54,589 bases of DNA from Bacteroidia bacterium (GCA_018679315.1 JAHHLF010000141.1:1-54589), one strand, 5' to 3'; positions 46,449 to 54,589 are shown, numbered from the stretch's first letter. Translations and numbers: made by a program. Notes: generated from the letters alone by a model not told the origin.

Positions 46449-46476
46449 AAAAGTCAGAGCAATTGCTCTGACTTTT
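46449..46476 (-). terminator. Terminator hairpin immediately 3' of tRNA-Leu
   Basis: A perfect 12-bp stem aaaagtcagagc/gctctgactttt has loop aatt. It lies 11 nt downstream of the tRNA 3' end and is followed on the minus strand by GGCGTTTT. Confidence 0.75.
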
Positions 46477-46487
46477 CTTCTTATTTG

Positions 46488-46572
46488 TACTCGAGGCGGG
46501 ACTTGAACCCGCACGGCCATAATGGCCATTGGATTTTAAGTCCAACGTGTCTACCAATTCCACCACTCGAGC
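46488..46572 (-). tRNA. tRNA-Leu (anticodon UAA)
   Basis: The reverse complement folds as a class II cloverleaf. The acceptor is GCTCGAG/CTCGAGT, the anticodon arm TTGGA-CTTAAAA-TCCAA, the long variable arm GGCC-ATTAT-GGCC and the T arm GCGGG-TTCAAGT-CCCGC. It is 85 nt with no encoded CCA. Confidence 0.93.
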
Positions 46573-46576
46573 TTGT

Positions 46577-46612
46577 CCTCCGAAGCTCCGATAAGTATCG
46601 GAGCGAAGGAGG
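46577..46612. other. Interrupted 13-bp hairpin between the tRNA-Gly fragment and tRNA-Leu
   Basis: The structure is cctcc-gaa-gctccgat / loop aagt / atcggagc-gaa-ggagg. Its function is unknown; it could be a processing or regulatory element. Confidence 0.4.
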
Positions 46613-46656
46613 AGCCGGACTTCTATAAAAAAGCGCCGACAATCAGCGCTTGTTTT

Positions 46657-46678
46657 GAGCGAAAAACGGGATTCGAAC
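46657..46678 (-). repeat. Partial duplicate of the tRNA-Gly 3' end (T-loop, 3' T-stem, 3' acceptor strand, discriminator)
   Basis: The 22 nt gagcgaaaaacgggattcgaac are identical to 46775-46796. Sequence diverges immediately after, and no 5' half or cloverleaf is present. Confidence 0.9.
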
Positions 46679-46775
46679 GTTCACTGCTGACTTGCGTGGC
46701 ATCGTCAGTGCCGCGACCGAGGTCGCAGTATAGGTATTACCCTAGCGTTAGAATCTCATTTTTCAATTAACTGAG

Positions 46776-46848
46776 AGCGAAAAACGGGATTCGAACCCGC
46801 GACCTCCACCTTGGCAAGGTGGCGCTCTACCAACTGAGCTATTTTCGC
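46776..46848 (-). tRNA. tRNA-Gly (anticodon GCC)
   Basis: The reverse complement is GCGAAAA-TA-GCTC-AGTTGGTA-GAGC-G-CCACC-TTGCCAA-GGTGG-AGGTC-GCGGG-TTCGAAT-CCCGT-TTTTCGC-T, a 73-nt canonical cloverleaf. Confidence 0.95.
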
Positions 46849-47046
46849 ATTTTTAACCTGAACTCAGCTCGGCTGTAGTTCAGGGTTCGCATTCTAATTA
46901 TATCGCCCTCAATTTCTGTGATGGCACAAAGCTTGGCGCGAGCCCTGTAGTGAAACATGTTTCTACTACGGGGGAGCGCAAATTTAAAATAATTCTGTCA
47001 ATTGTCAGGCACATTCCACGAAAGAAATAGTCGCTTTACATCCTGT

Positions 47047-49665
47047 TTACGAAGTAGCCTTGTTTCTTTTGGTCAGCATACGTTTGATCTCGTTGAGCTT
47101 CATAAGTGCTTCCACCGGAGTCAGTGTGTTGATATCAAGATGGAGGATCTCATCCCTGATCTCTTCCAGCAAAGGATCATCCAATTTAAAAAAGCTGAGT
47201 TGTGACTCACTATGAGCTTCTTTAAGATCATCTCCTAACTCTTCGCTCGAATGGGATTTTTCTAACCTTGCTAAAAGTTTATTGGCCTTTCTGAGTACTT
47301 GTTGCGGCATACCGGCCATTCGGGCCACATGAATACCAAAACTATGCTCACTACCACCAGGTTCCAGTTTGCGCAGGAACAAAATCTTGTTCTTTACTTC
47401 TTTTATCGACACATTGAAATTTTTGATCCGCTCAAAGAGTGAAGTCATTTCATTGAGTTCGTGATAGTGGGTGGCGAATAAGGTTTTGGCTCGCGCCGGA
47501 TGTTCATGAATAAATTCTGAAATTGCCCAGGCAATGGAAATACCATCATAGGTGCTGGTGCCCCTACCTATTTCATCCAAGAGGATCAAACTCCGCTCTG
47601 AAAGATTGTTCAGGATGGAAGCGGTCTCATTCATTTCAACCATAAATGTGCTTTCACCAACAGAGATATTGTCGCTGGCACCTACGCGGGTAAATATCTT
47701 ATCTACATATCCTATTTTGGCTGAAGCCGCTGGTACATAACTGCCTATTTGCGCTAACAAGACGATCAGAGCAGTTTGCCTCAGTATGGCAGATTTCCCG
47801 CTCATATTCGGACCTGTGATCATCAGGATCTGCTGATCTTCGGTGTTTAATACAACATCATTTGGGATAAAGGGTTCTCCCGGAGGCAATTGTTTCTCAA
47901 TGACCGGATGCCGGCCATCCCGTATTACTATATCCAGACCGGTATGCATTTCAGGTGCTACATAGGAATTCTCTTCTGCCAACTCACCAAAGGCACTCAA
48001 ACAATCCAATTCGGCTAATAAACGGGCGTTCTCCTGTACCGGCTGAATAAAATCGCGCATCCATAAGATCAATTGCTCAAATAAGTGCCGCTCCAATTCC
48101 AGGATGCGTTCTTCAGCCCCCAGGATCTTTGCTTCATATTCTTTTAATTCTTCAGTAATATATCGCTCCGCGTTTACCAGTGTCTGCTTACGGATCCAAG
48201 ATTCGGGCACTTTATCTTTATGCGCATTGCGCACTTCCAAATAATAGCCAAATACATTATTGGACGATATTTTTAAGGAACTTATCCCTGTATTCTGCAT
48301 CTCCCTTTCTACCATGGAATCCAGATATTCCTTACCCGAATAAGCGAGTTTTCGCAGCTCATCCAATTCCTCTGAAAATCCTTCGGCAATGACAATCCCT
48401 TTGCCTACCTGGGCCACGGCGTTGCTGTCTAATACAGTTTGAATGCGATCAATAAGGGCTTCGCAAATGTTTAGGTTGCTGGATAAAAAATTAAGTGCTT
48501 CTGATTCTTTCTGAGTAGACAACTCTTTAATTGGGGCGACGTACGTCAGGGCTGTACTAAATTGTACCACTTCTCTTGGTGTGACCTTCCCAGTTGCAAT
48601 TTTGGAGAGTATTCGTTCAAGATCCCCAATTTTTTTCAGTGAGGAACGAAGTGATTCCCGCGATTCCTGATTTTCCAGCCAGTAACCAACGATCTCATGC
48701 CTGTTCCCCAGGATGCTGAGATCTAAAAGCGGCAATGCCAGCCAACGGCGCAACATCCTGCCGCCCATAGGGGTGCTGGTCCGGTCTATAATTTCAAAAA
48801 GGGAAACACCCTGAGGGTGTGTCGATCTGAATAATTCCAGGTTACGGACCGTAAAATGATCTAGCCAAACGGCTTCAGAAGAGGCGATTCGCTGAATCCT
48901 GTTAATATGCTTTATCTGGGTGTGCTGGGTTTCAGAGATGTAGTGCATGACCGCTCCTGCGGCAATGATGCCCATTGGCAAGTGTTCTATTCCAAATCCT
49001 TTTAAAGAAGATGTGCCAAAATGCCTGGCCAAAAGTTCCTGCGAATAATCTTCCTGGAAGATCCATTCATCCAAAACGAAGAGGTGCCCATTGCTGATCC
49101 AGGATTCAAGTTCTTTCTTTTGAGATTTAGGAAGAAGAATTTCACTGGGATGAAAATTTTCCAGCAAGCGTTCTACCTGGGCTACTGTACCTTCACTCAC
49201 TAAAAATTCCCCTGTAGAAATATCAAGGAAGCTCACCCCATAGCCATTCCTTCCCGGATAAACGGCTGCCAGGAAATTGTTCTCTTTGGCCTGCAGCAAC
49301 TCATCACTTAATGCCACACCGGGTGTAACTAATTCTGTCACACCTCTTTTAACGATGGTTTTGGTCTGTTTAGGATCTTCCAATTGATCACAAATGGCAA
49401 CCCTGTATCCTGCCTTTACTAGTTTTGGCAAGTAGGTGTGAAGGGCGTGATGCGGAAAACCGGCCAAAGCCGTTTTATCACCTCCATTGTTGCGCTGGGT
49501 CAAGACGATGCCCAAAGCCTCTGCAGCTTTTTTGGCATCCTCGCCGAAAGTTTCATAGAAATCGCCCACCCTGAAGAGCAGCAATGCATCCGGGTGTTTG
49601 CTTTTGATGCTGTTATACTGCCGCATCAAGGGGGTTACTTTTTTTACTTTTTTGGCTTCTTTCAT
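47047..49665 (-). CDS. mutS: DNA mismatch repair protein MutS
   Basis: It has TPLMRQY, FYE.FG.DA and Walker A GPNMSGKS motifs, plus the STF..E motif, 872 aa. Confidence 0.96.
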   Translation of the reverse strand: MKEAKKVKKVTPLMRQYNSIKSKHPDALLLFRVGDFYETFGEDAKKAAEALGIVLTQRNNGGDKTALAGFPHHALHTYLPKLVKAGYRVAICDQLEDPKQTKTIVKRGVTELVTPGVALSDELLQAKENNFLAAVYPGRNGYGVSFLDISTGEFLVSEGTVAQVERLLENFHPSEILLPKSQKKELESWISNGHLFVLDEWIFQEDYSQELLARHFGTSSLKGFGIEHLPMGIIAAGAVMHYISETQHTQIKHINRIQRIASSEAVWLDHFTVRNLELFRSTHPQGVSLFEIIDRTSTPMGGRMLRRWLALPLLDLSILGNRHEIVGYWLENQESRESLRSSLKKIGDLERILSKIATGKVTPREVVQFSTALTYVAPIKELSTQKESEALNFLSSNLNICEALIDRIQTVLDSNAVAQVGKGIVIAEGFSEELDELRKLAYSGKEYLDSMVEREMQNTGISSLKISSNNVFGYYLEVRNAHKDKVPESWIRKQTLVNAERYITEELKEYEAKILGAEERILELERHLFEQLILWMRDFIQPVQENARLLAELDCLSAFGELAEENSYVAPEMHTGLDIVIRDGRHPVIEKQLPPGEPFIPNDVVLNTEDQQILMITGPNMSGKSAILRQTALIVLLAQIGSYVPAASAKIGYVDKIFTRVGASDNISVGESTFMVEMNETASILNNLSERSLILLDEIGRGTSTYDGISIAWAISEFIHEHPARAKTLFATHYHELNEMTSLFERIKNFNVSIKEVKNKILFLRKLEPGGSEHSFGIHVARMAGMPQQVLRKANKLLARLEKSHSSEELGDDLKEAHSESQLSFFKLDDPLLEEIRDEILHLDINTLTPVEALMKLNEIKRMLTKRNKATS

Positions 49666-49775
49666 CTACTTTTCCAGCAAAGAATCTAAAGTATTAATTT
49701 CGTTAAGGATTCTAAACCAATGTTGATATTTGGGAATAACTTTTCCACTAGAAACATATAGAGCTAAGCAGGTAC

Positions 49776-50309
49776 ATGAAGTTTCGTAAACTGGCCAATG
49801 AAGAATTAGACCGAATCGATATTGAGGAATTCAAAGCATCGGAGAAATTACCTGTTGTACTTGTTCTTGACAATATTCGAAGTTTGAATAATATCGGCTC
49901 TATTTTCCGTACAGCCGATGCCTTTCGGATCGAACGTATATACCTCTGTGGGATCACTGCTCAACCTCCGCACCGCGATATTCAGAAGACAGCACTAGGT
50001 GCTACAGAAAGTGTTGCCTGGGAGTATTCCGAAGATGTATTAAAGGTCTTAAAGGACTTAAAAACCTCACATACACTAATTGCTGTTGAGCAGACAGAGA
50101 ATGCCGTTTTATTGACTGATTTTGAACCAGACAAGCAAAAAAGACTTGCCTTGATATTTGGCAACGAGGTAAAAGGCGTTCAGCAGGAGGCCATAGATCT
50201 TTGTGAAACCGTCGTGGAAATACCTCAGAAGGGAACGAAACACTCTTTTAATATAGCCGTAAGTGTCGGGATATTGCTTTGGGATATTTTTACAAAAATA
50301 CGCAGCTAA
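49776..50309 (+). CDS. TrmH/SpoU-family RNA 2'-O-methyltransferase
   Basis: SpoU motifs are N.GS.FRTADAF, FGNE..G and IP..G...S.N.A. Confidence 0.85.
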   Translation: MKFRKLANEELDRIDIEEFKASEKLPVVLVLDNIRSLNNIGSIFRTADAFRIERIYLCGITAQPPHRDIQKTALGATESVAWEYSEDVLKVLKDLKTSHTLIAVEQTENAVLLTDFEPDKQKRLALIFGNEVKGVQQEAIDLCETVVEIPQKGTKHSFNIAVSVGILLWDIFTKIRS

Positions 50310-50492
50310 CCTACTGAAAACGAAGACCCCTGACAAGAATGCCAAGGGTCTTACTATAGTGTTTGAGTTAGTTAGTTACTATTTAAGTGCGTGCAATAAA
50401 GTGATTCCAGCCTAACTACGCAAATAATTTTCACTCAAATTGAAGCCCTATAAATTTAATTGATAACGTAGGTATAGACCTACAATTATATT

Positions 50493-51629
50493 TTATTGGA
50501 GCCAATGCCGCTCTATCTCTTCTAATATTTTCTGATAATCGGCCTCATGGTCTACGAAATCCATGTCGCTGATATCCAGTATGGCCGACTTTTGTTCTTG
50601 CTGACTCTTTATAAATTCGAGATATCCTTTATTAATATGTTCCAGGTAATGTGGTTCTATTTCTTGCTCATAGCTTCTACCTCTTTTACGAATGTTTTCC
50701 ATGAGTCGCTCTGTATTCTGATAGAGATAAACATAGAGATCGGGTTTTTTGACATTCGTATACATCGAATTAAAGATCTTCCTGTACAAATTGAATTCAT
50801 CTTTCTGTAGGGTAACCTGGGCGAAGATGAGGGATTTATAGATATCATAATCACTTACCATAAAGTTCTTGAACAGATCGAATTGCGATGTATCATCTGT
50901 GAATTGCTGATATCTGTCTGCCAGAAATGACATTTCCAGGGGAAAAGCATACCTGCTTTGATCTTTGTAAAATTTGGGCAGAAAAGGATTGTCCGCAAAT
51001 CGCTCCAACACGATCTTGGCATTGAAATCTGTCGAGATCCTTTTGGCAAGAGAAGTTTTTCCAGCCCCAATGTTTCCTTCAATTGCCAGAAAATTAACTT
51101 CGGAAAAAAAGGATTCCCGGTCCGCAGATAAGGGCGGATATACTTTGGTTATAGCAGACCGGTCCGGACATTCCTGCAACATATTACGCGTGTCCTTTCC
51201 AAGCACCGGATGATAAAATTGTGGTGCAATATCCGCCAGGGGTTTAAGAACGAACTGTCTGTTTTGAATTTCAGGATGCGGTATGGTCAAACTATCTTTT
51301 TGGATCACCTGGTCGTCATAATACAGAATATCGAGGTCTATCACACGAGATTGATATCCCGAATCCGGATCTCGAATTCGCCCCATCTTCTCTTCAATTT
51401 TTATCAGCGCATCCATCAATTCATCCGGGGCTAGCGAGGTTGTTACACCTATACACATATTTAAAAAATCCTCCCCGTCAAACCCGATGGCAGCTGTCTC
51501 ATAAACCGATGAAACTGCCTGGATGTCACCTACTTGTGAACCTATTGCATAGATAGCCCTTTGCAATGCATAGAGCCTGTGGCCCTTATTGCTCCCAAAA
51601 GAAATATATGTAAGTGTAACATCTGACAT
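50493..51629 (-). CDS. folK: Fusion protein: HPPK (2-amino-4-hydroxy-6-hydroxymethyldihydropteridine diphosphokinase) plus deoxynucleoside kinase
   Basis: The N-terminal half shows SFGSN.G, R.IDLDIL and IPHP (HPPK). The C-terminal half shows the P-loop IEGNIGAGKTS, ERF.DNPFL and the dNK-family pattern. The ATG at 51629 (MSDVTLTYISFGSN) is preferred to 51662. Confidence 0.85.
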   Translation of the reverse strand: MSDVTLTYISFGSNKGHRLYALQRAIYAIGSQVGDIQAVSSVYETAAIGFDGEDFLNMCIGVTTSLAPDELMDALIKIEEKMGRIRDPDSGYQSRVIDLDILYYDDQVIQKDSLTIPHPEIQNRQFVLKPLADIAPQFYHPVLGKDTRNMLQECPDRSAITKVYPPLSADRESFFSEVNFLAIEGNIGAGKTSLAKRISTDFNAKIVLERFADNPFLPKFYKDQSRYAFPLEMSFLADRYQQFTDDTSQFDLFKNFMVSDYDIYKSLIFAQVTLQKDEFNLYRKIFNSMYTNVKKPDLYVYLYQNTERLMENIRKRGRSYEQEIEPHYLEHINKGYLEFIKSQQEQKSAILDISDMDFVDHEADYQKILEEIERHWLQ

Positions 51630-51700
51630 GATGAGCGGACAAATTACGTAAAAGAAAGTCACTTTGGTTATCTTTGATGACCATTTAAATATTGAATTGT

Positions 51701-53458
51701 ATGAAATTCTTACGGAACCTACTGGCCGCTGTTTTAGGCTCTTTAATAGCTTTTGGAATAGTCTTTTTTATGTTCCTGATATTCGCTAGCCTGGCAAGCA
51801 CGGAAGAAGGTGTATCGGTTAAGGATGATTCTGTTTTAGAGCTAAAAATTCCTTATCCCGTTCAGGATTATACAGGTAATTCTGATGATGACCCTTTTAA
51901 TCTATTCTATGAGCCGGTAATGGGCCTGGATGAGATAATTCATGCCATACATATTGCCGCAGAGGATGATGACATAAAAGGAATTAGTTTAAATAACAAC
52001 TTCCTGATGGCTGGGATCTCACAGGCTCAGGCGATACGTAAAGCCCTCGAAAATTTCAAATCTACCGGCAAATTCATCTACGCTTATGGTGATTTCTATA
52101 TGCAAAAGGACTATTACCTGGCAACTGTTGCGGATAGTATCTTTCTAAATCCATTAGGAGGACTGGATTTTAAAGGATTAGCTGCCGAGGTTCTGTTTTT
52201 TAAAGATATCCAGGATAAAACAGGTATTAAAATGGAAGTAGTTCGCCATGGGAAATATAAAAGCGCTGTCGAACCCTTCCTTGATGATGAAATGAGTCCT
52301 GAAAACCGGGAACAGATCGCTGCATTATTAGAGTCTGTCTGGGAGTCAATGGTCACAGAGATCTCAGAAGGTAGAGAACTGTCTGCAGAAACACTTAATA
52401 GTATTGCCGATACCCTGGGCGCACGCCTTCCGGACTATGCACAGGCATCCGGACTGGTAGATGGTGTTCTTTATGCAGATGAATATGAAAACCGGTTGAA
52501 ATTAGCGACAGGTACTGATCTGGAGGATAAACAGCCAGTGGTCGATGTTCAGGATTATATGAAGCGCTCTTCCAAGCGAAAGATCTATAGTGGTAAAGAC
52601 AAAGTTGCTGTTATCTATGCACAGGGAGATATTATGTATGGGGAAGGCGGTCCTAATATTGTCGGCCAGGGATTGATCACAAAAGCCCTGCGAAAGGCCC
52701 GGGAGAACAGCCAGGTAAAAGCAGTAGTGCTGCGTGTTAACTCGCCGGGCGGATCTGCCATAACTTCGGATATTATTTGGCGTGAGGTAGAATTGACTAA
52801 AGAAAAAATACCGGTTGTGGTATCCATGGGCAATGTGGCTGCATCAGGGGGCTATTATATTGCCGTCGGCGCAGATAAGATCTTTGCCGAACCTACTTCC
52901 ATCACTGGATCAATAGGTGTATTCGGAACAATTCCGAACATCAGTGAATTTGCAGAGAAAATAGGCATCAATGCAGAACAGGTGGGAACAAATTTAAATT
53001 CTGTGGATTACTCCTTATTTGAGCCTATGAGTCCGCAATTCAGGGGTTATGTCAAAGAAGGCATTGAAGAAGTATATGAAACATTCCTTCGTCGTGTATC
53101 TGATGGCAGGAATATCAGCATGGCACAAGCAGACAGTCTGGCGCAAGGTCGGGTCTGGAGCGGAGTAGAAGCTAAAGAATTAGGCTTAGTCGATGAACTT
53201 GGCGGATTGGATGATGCCATCGTTGCTGCTGCCGAACTCGCTGATATCGAAGAGTTTGGAATTCGCAAATACCCCAGATTCAAATCCGGATTTGCGCGCT
53301 TTATGGAAGAAATGGCCAGCGCGAGATCTGATGGAGTGCAAACACAATTGCAGGAGGAAATGGGTCAGGAATTGTACAGTGTGTTCTCTGAATTAAAAAC
53401 CGTAGTTCAGCAAAGGGGCATACAGGCCAGACTTCCCTACACCATTCGCATCCGCTAG
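51701..53458 (+). CDS. sppA: Signal peptide peptidase SppA, 67K type
   Basis: An N-terminal TM is followed by two ClpP/crotonase-like halves. The motifs are NSPGGS and GNVAASGGYY. The ATG at 51701 is preferred to the TTG at 51692. Confidence 0.9.
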   Translation: MKFLRNLLAAVLGSLIAFGIVFFMFLIFASLASTEEGVSVKDDSVLELKIPYPVQDYTGNSDDDPFNLFYEPVMGLDEIIHAIHIAAEDDDIKGISLNNNFLMAGISQAQAIRKALENFKSTGKFIYAYGDFYMQKDYYLATVADSIFLNPLGGLDFKGLAAEVLFFKDIQDKTGIKMEVVRHGKYKSAVEPFLDDEMSPENREQIAALLESVWESMVTEISEGRELSAETLNSIADTLGARLPDYAQASGLVDGVLYADEYENRLKLATGTDLEDKQPVVDVQDYMKRSSKRKIYSGKDKVAVIYAQGDIMYGEGGPNIVGQGLITKALRKARENSQVKAVVLRVNSPGGSAITSDIIWREVELTKEKIPVVVSMGNVAASGGYYIAVGADKIFAEPTSITGSIGVFGTIPNISEFAEKIGINAEQVGTNLNSVDYSLFEPMSPQFRGYVKEGIEEVYETFLRRVSDGRNISMAQADSLAQGRVWSGVEAKELGLVDELGGLDDAIVAAAELADIEEFGIRKYPRFKSGFARFMEEMASARSDGVQTQLQEEMGQELYSVFSELKTVVQQRGIQARLPYTIRIR

Positions 53459-53461
53459 GAC

Positions 53462-54175
53462 ATGATGAAGCCTGCCGATAAGAAATTAGCCTATAAGATC
53501 TACTTGTATCTGGGGGCCTTATTCATCACATCCCTTGTAGTATCTAACCTGATATTCCAGAAATTTTTTTATTGGAAACCCTTTGGGGATGTTGAGATCT
53601 TCGGGGCGCCGCTTTTTGAGATATCAGTTGGAGTTTTACCTTATCCCATTACCTTTTTAATTACAGATCTGATCTCGGAGATCTTTGGGCAAAAGAAGGC
53701 AAACCAGGTAGTTACCGCAGGTATTTTTGCATCCTTCTTCTCTATGGGAATAATTCTGGTGGCCGATATAGCTCCTGCAATCCCGGAGTCGCCCGTAGGT
53801 AATGAAGTATTCAGCAGCGTATTTGCCTTATCACCTCTGGCCGTTTTGGCTTCTATGATCGCCTATTTAAGTGCACAATATGTAGACATTGCTATCTACC
53901 ACTTTTGGAAACGGCTTACCAAAGGTCGCATGTTATGGTTGCGGAATAATTTCTCTACGTTTTCATCTCAGTTTATAGACACTTTTACGGTTGTTGGTTT
54001 GTTATGTATTTTTGGGGTGATCCCGTGGAGTTTGTTCTCCGGTTTGGTGATCAGCGGGGTTGTATTCAAGATTTTTATCGCTTTTTTGGACACCCCACTC
54101 CTCTATCTTTTCGTATATATTTTGAGAAAGCGTTTCGGTCTTGCGATCGGAGATGAAATTACCCTAGATTCGTAA
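53462..54175 (+). CDS. Queuosine-precursor transporter, YhhQ/DUF165 (VUT) family
   Basis: This polytopic 237-aa protein has YPITFLITDLISEIFG and FSSQFIDT motifs typical of YhhQ. Confidence 0.8.
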   Translation: MMKPADKKLAYKIYLYLGALFITSLVVSNLIFQKFFYWKPFGDVEIFGAPLFEISVGVLPYPITFLITDLISEIFGQKKANQVVTAGIFASFFSMGIILVADIAPAIPESPVGNEVFSSVFALSPLAVLASMIAYLSAQYVDIAIYHFWKRLTKGRMLWLRNNFSTFSSQFIDTFTVVGLLCIFGVIPWSLFSGLVISGVVFKIFIAFLDTPLLYLFVYILRKRFGLAIGDEITLDS

Positions 54176-54221
54176 AATAATTCCTACGATTTAGAGTTCT
54201 TTATCCATAGTCTGACACGGT

Positions 54222-54589
54222 ATGAATAAGAAATGGTTAAAAATAGGAGGAGCCTCCCTTGGGCTTGTCGTAGTAGTACTATTATTAGTTCCGGTATTAT
54301 TCCAATCTAAATTGGAATCCCTGCTTATCAAAAAAGCAAATGAATCCATCCATGGAACCTTGTCTATTGAAAGTGCACACCTGAGCTTGTTTCGCAATTT
54401 CCCTAAGGCCACGGTAACGATCAATGATTTGTTGCTCATAAATGCCGCACCTTTTGAAGGCGATACCTTGGTTACGGCAAAAAGCGTTTCCCTGACTATG
54501 CCAATTACTGAATTATTTGGGGACGATGCCGTGGAGATCCATTCTTTCAGCCTTGAAGGTGGGAAGCTCAACTTAAAGGAGAACACTGA
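54222..54589 (+). CDS. AsmA-family protein, N-terminal part (runs off the window; not in the ORF track)
   Basis: My own translation is MNKKWLKIGGASLGLVVVVLLLLVPVLFQSKLESLLIKKANESIHGTLSIESAHLSLFRNFPKATVTINDLLL... It shows a TM anchor plus the AsmA-like beta-rich start, with no stop before the window end. Confidence 0.6.
   Translation, partial: MNKKWLKIGGASLGLVVVVLLLVPVLFQSKLESLLIKKANESIHGTLSIESAHLSLFRNFPKATVTINDLLLINAAPFEGDTLVTAKSVSLTMPITELFGDDAVEIHSFSLEGGKLNLKENT

Noticed and set aside
46657-46775. A possible third tRNA or pseudo-tRNA between tRNA-Leu and tRNA-Gly
   Set aside because: Only the last 22 nt of tRNA-Gly are duplicated. Upstream sequence cannot form the T-stem 5' strand, anticodon arm, D arm or a matching 5' acceptor strand (no GCGAAAA). 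It is treated as an att-like partial duplicate, not an RNA gene.
2179-51692. Longest-ORF start codons in the track (2179, 6602, 8003, 11970, 14342, 27842, 35697, 51662, 51692)
   Set aside because: Those that could be checked directly in the sequence (2179, 6602, 8003, 51692) are TTG or GTG. All of them add N-terminal residues before an obvious signal peptide, TM anchor or conserved family N-terminus. The internal ATG starts given in the feature table fit better.
54191-54586. Track ORF of 131 aa on the minus strand at the right edge
   Set aside because: It is the antisense shadow of a plus-strand gene starting at the ATG at 54222. That gene has a clear TM anchor and an AsmA-like N-terminus. 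It has no stop inside the window and so was not listed in the track. The minus-strand translation is low-complexity and has no recognisable motifs.
1-54589. Integrase, transposase, IS element or prophage genes that would explain the tRNA-linked repeats and the GC-rich block
   Set aside because: No ORF in any frame shows recombinase, transposase or phage structural motifs. By eye I found no copy of the tRNA 3'-end repeats at the left edge of the GC-rich block (36.5-37.8 kb). A currently mobile element therefore cannot be claimed.

Overview
This 54.6-kb chromosomal segment reads as a Flavobacteriia (Bacteroidota) genome. It carries two T9SS PorP/SprF genes, a giant adhesin with a type-B C-terminal sorting domain, MacB/FtsX-HlyD-TolC efflux genes and a LytS/LytTR two-component pair. 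Housekeeping genes include tsaB, fabD, mutS, sppA, folK, tRNA-Leu and tRNA-Gly. About 45 protein genes are supported; they are densely packed, and many 1-11 nt overlaps indicate operons. No CRISPR array, integrase, transposase or rRNA is visible. Four parts deserve follow-up. (i) A compositionally distinct, GC-rich block of about 7.6 kb (37.75-45.35 kb) holds hexuronate catabolism genes (SDR reductase, uxuA, uxaC, ExuT-like MFS). These enclose an exported Tat-signal Gfo/Idh/MocA oxidoreductase and a lipoprotein with two DUF1080 domains. A second, low-GC copy of the same oxidoreductase/DUF1080 pairing sits beside a sugar-porter MFS at 30.0-34.3 kb. Neither copy has a glycoside hydrolase or lyase next to it, so I flag both as candidate oxidative (3-keto-glycoside type) periplasmic glycoside-processing modules. 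(ii) DNA downstream of the tRNA-Gly/tRNA-Leu locus contains partial copies of each tRNA 3' end and a degenerate 136-bp tandem repeat, which looks like att scars. Next to it is an orphan three-TM protein resembling the DUF5706/Pycsar-effector membrane domain. (iii) A segmentally duplicated MacAB-like efflux cluster has at least three FtsX permeases and two adaptors but one ATPase and one TolC. (iv) A 773-bp gene-poor spacer contains long-range inverted repeats and a 43-codon Lys/Gly-rich ORF. All functional calls come from motif recognition by eye on the supplied translations and sequence; no database search was run.
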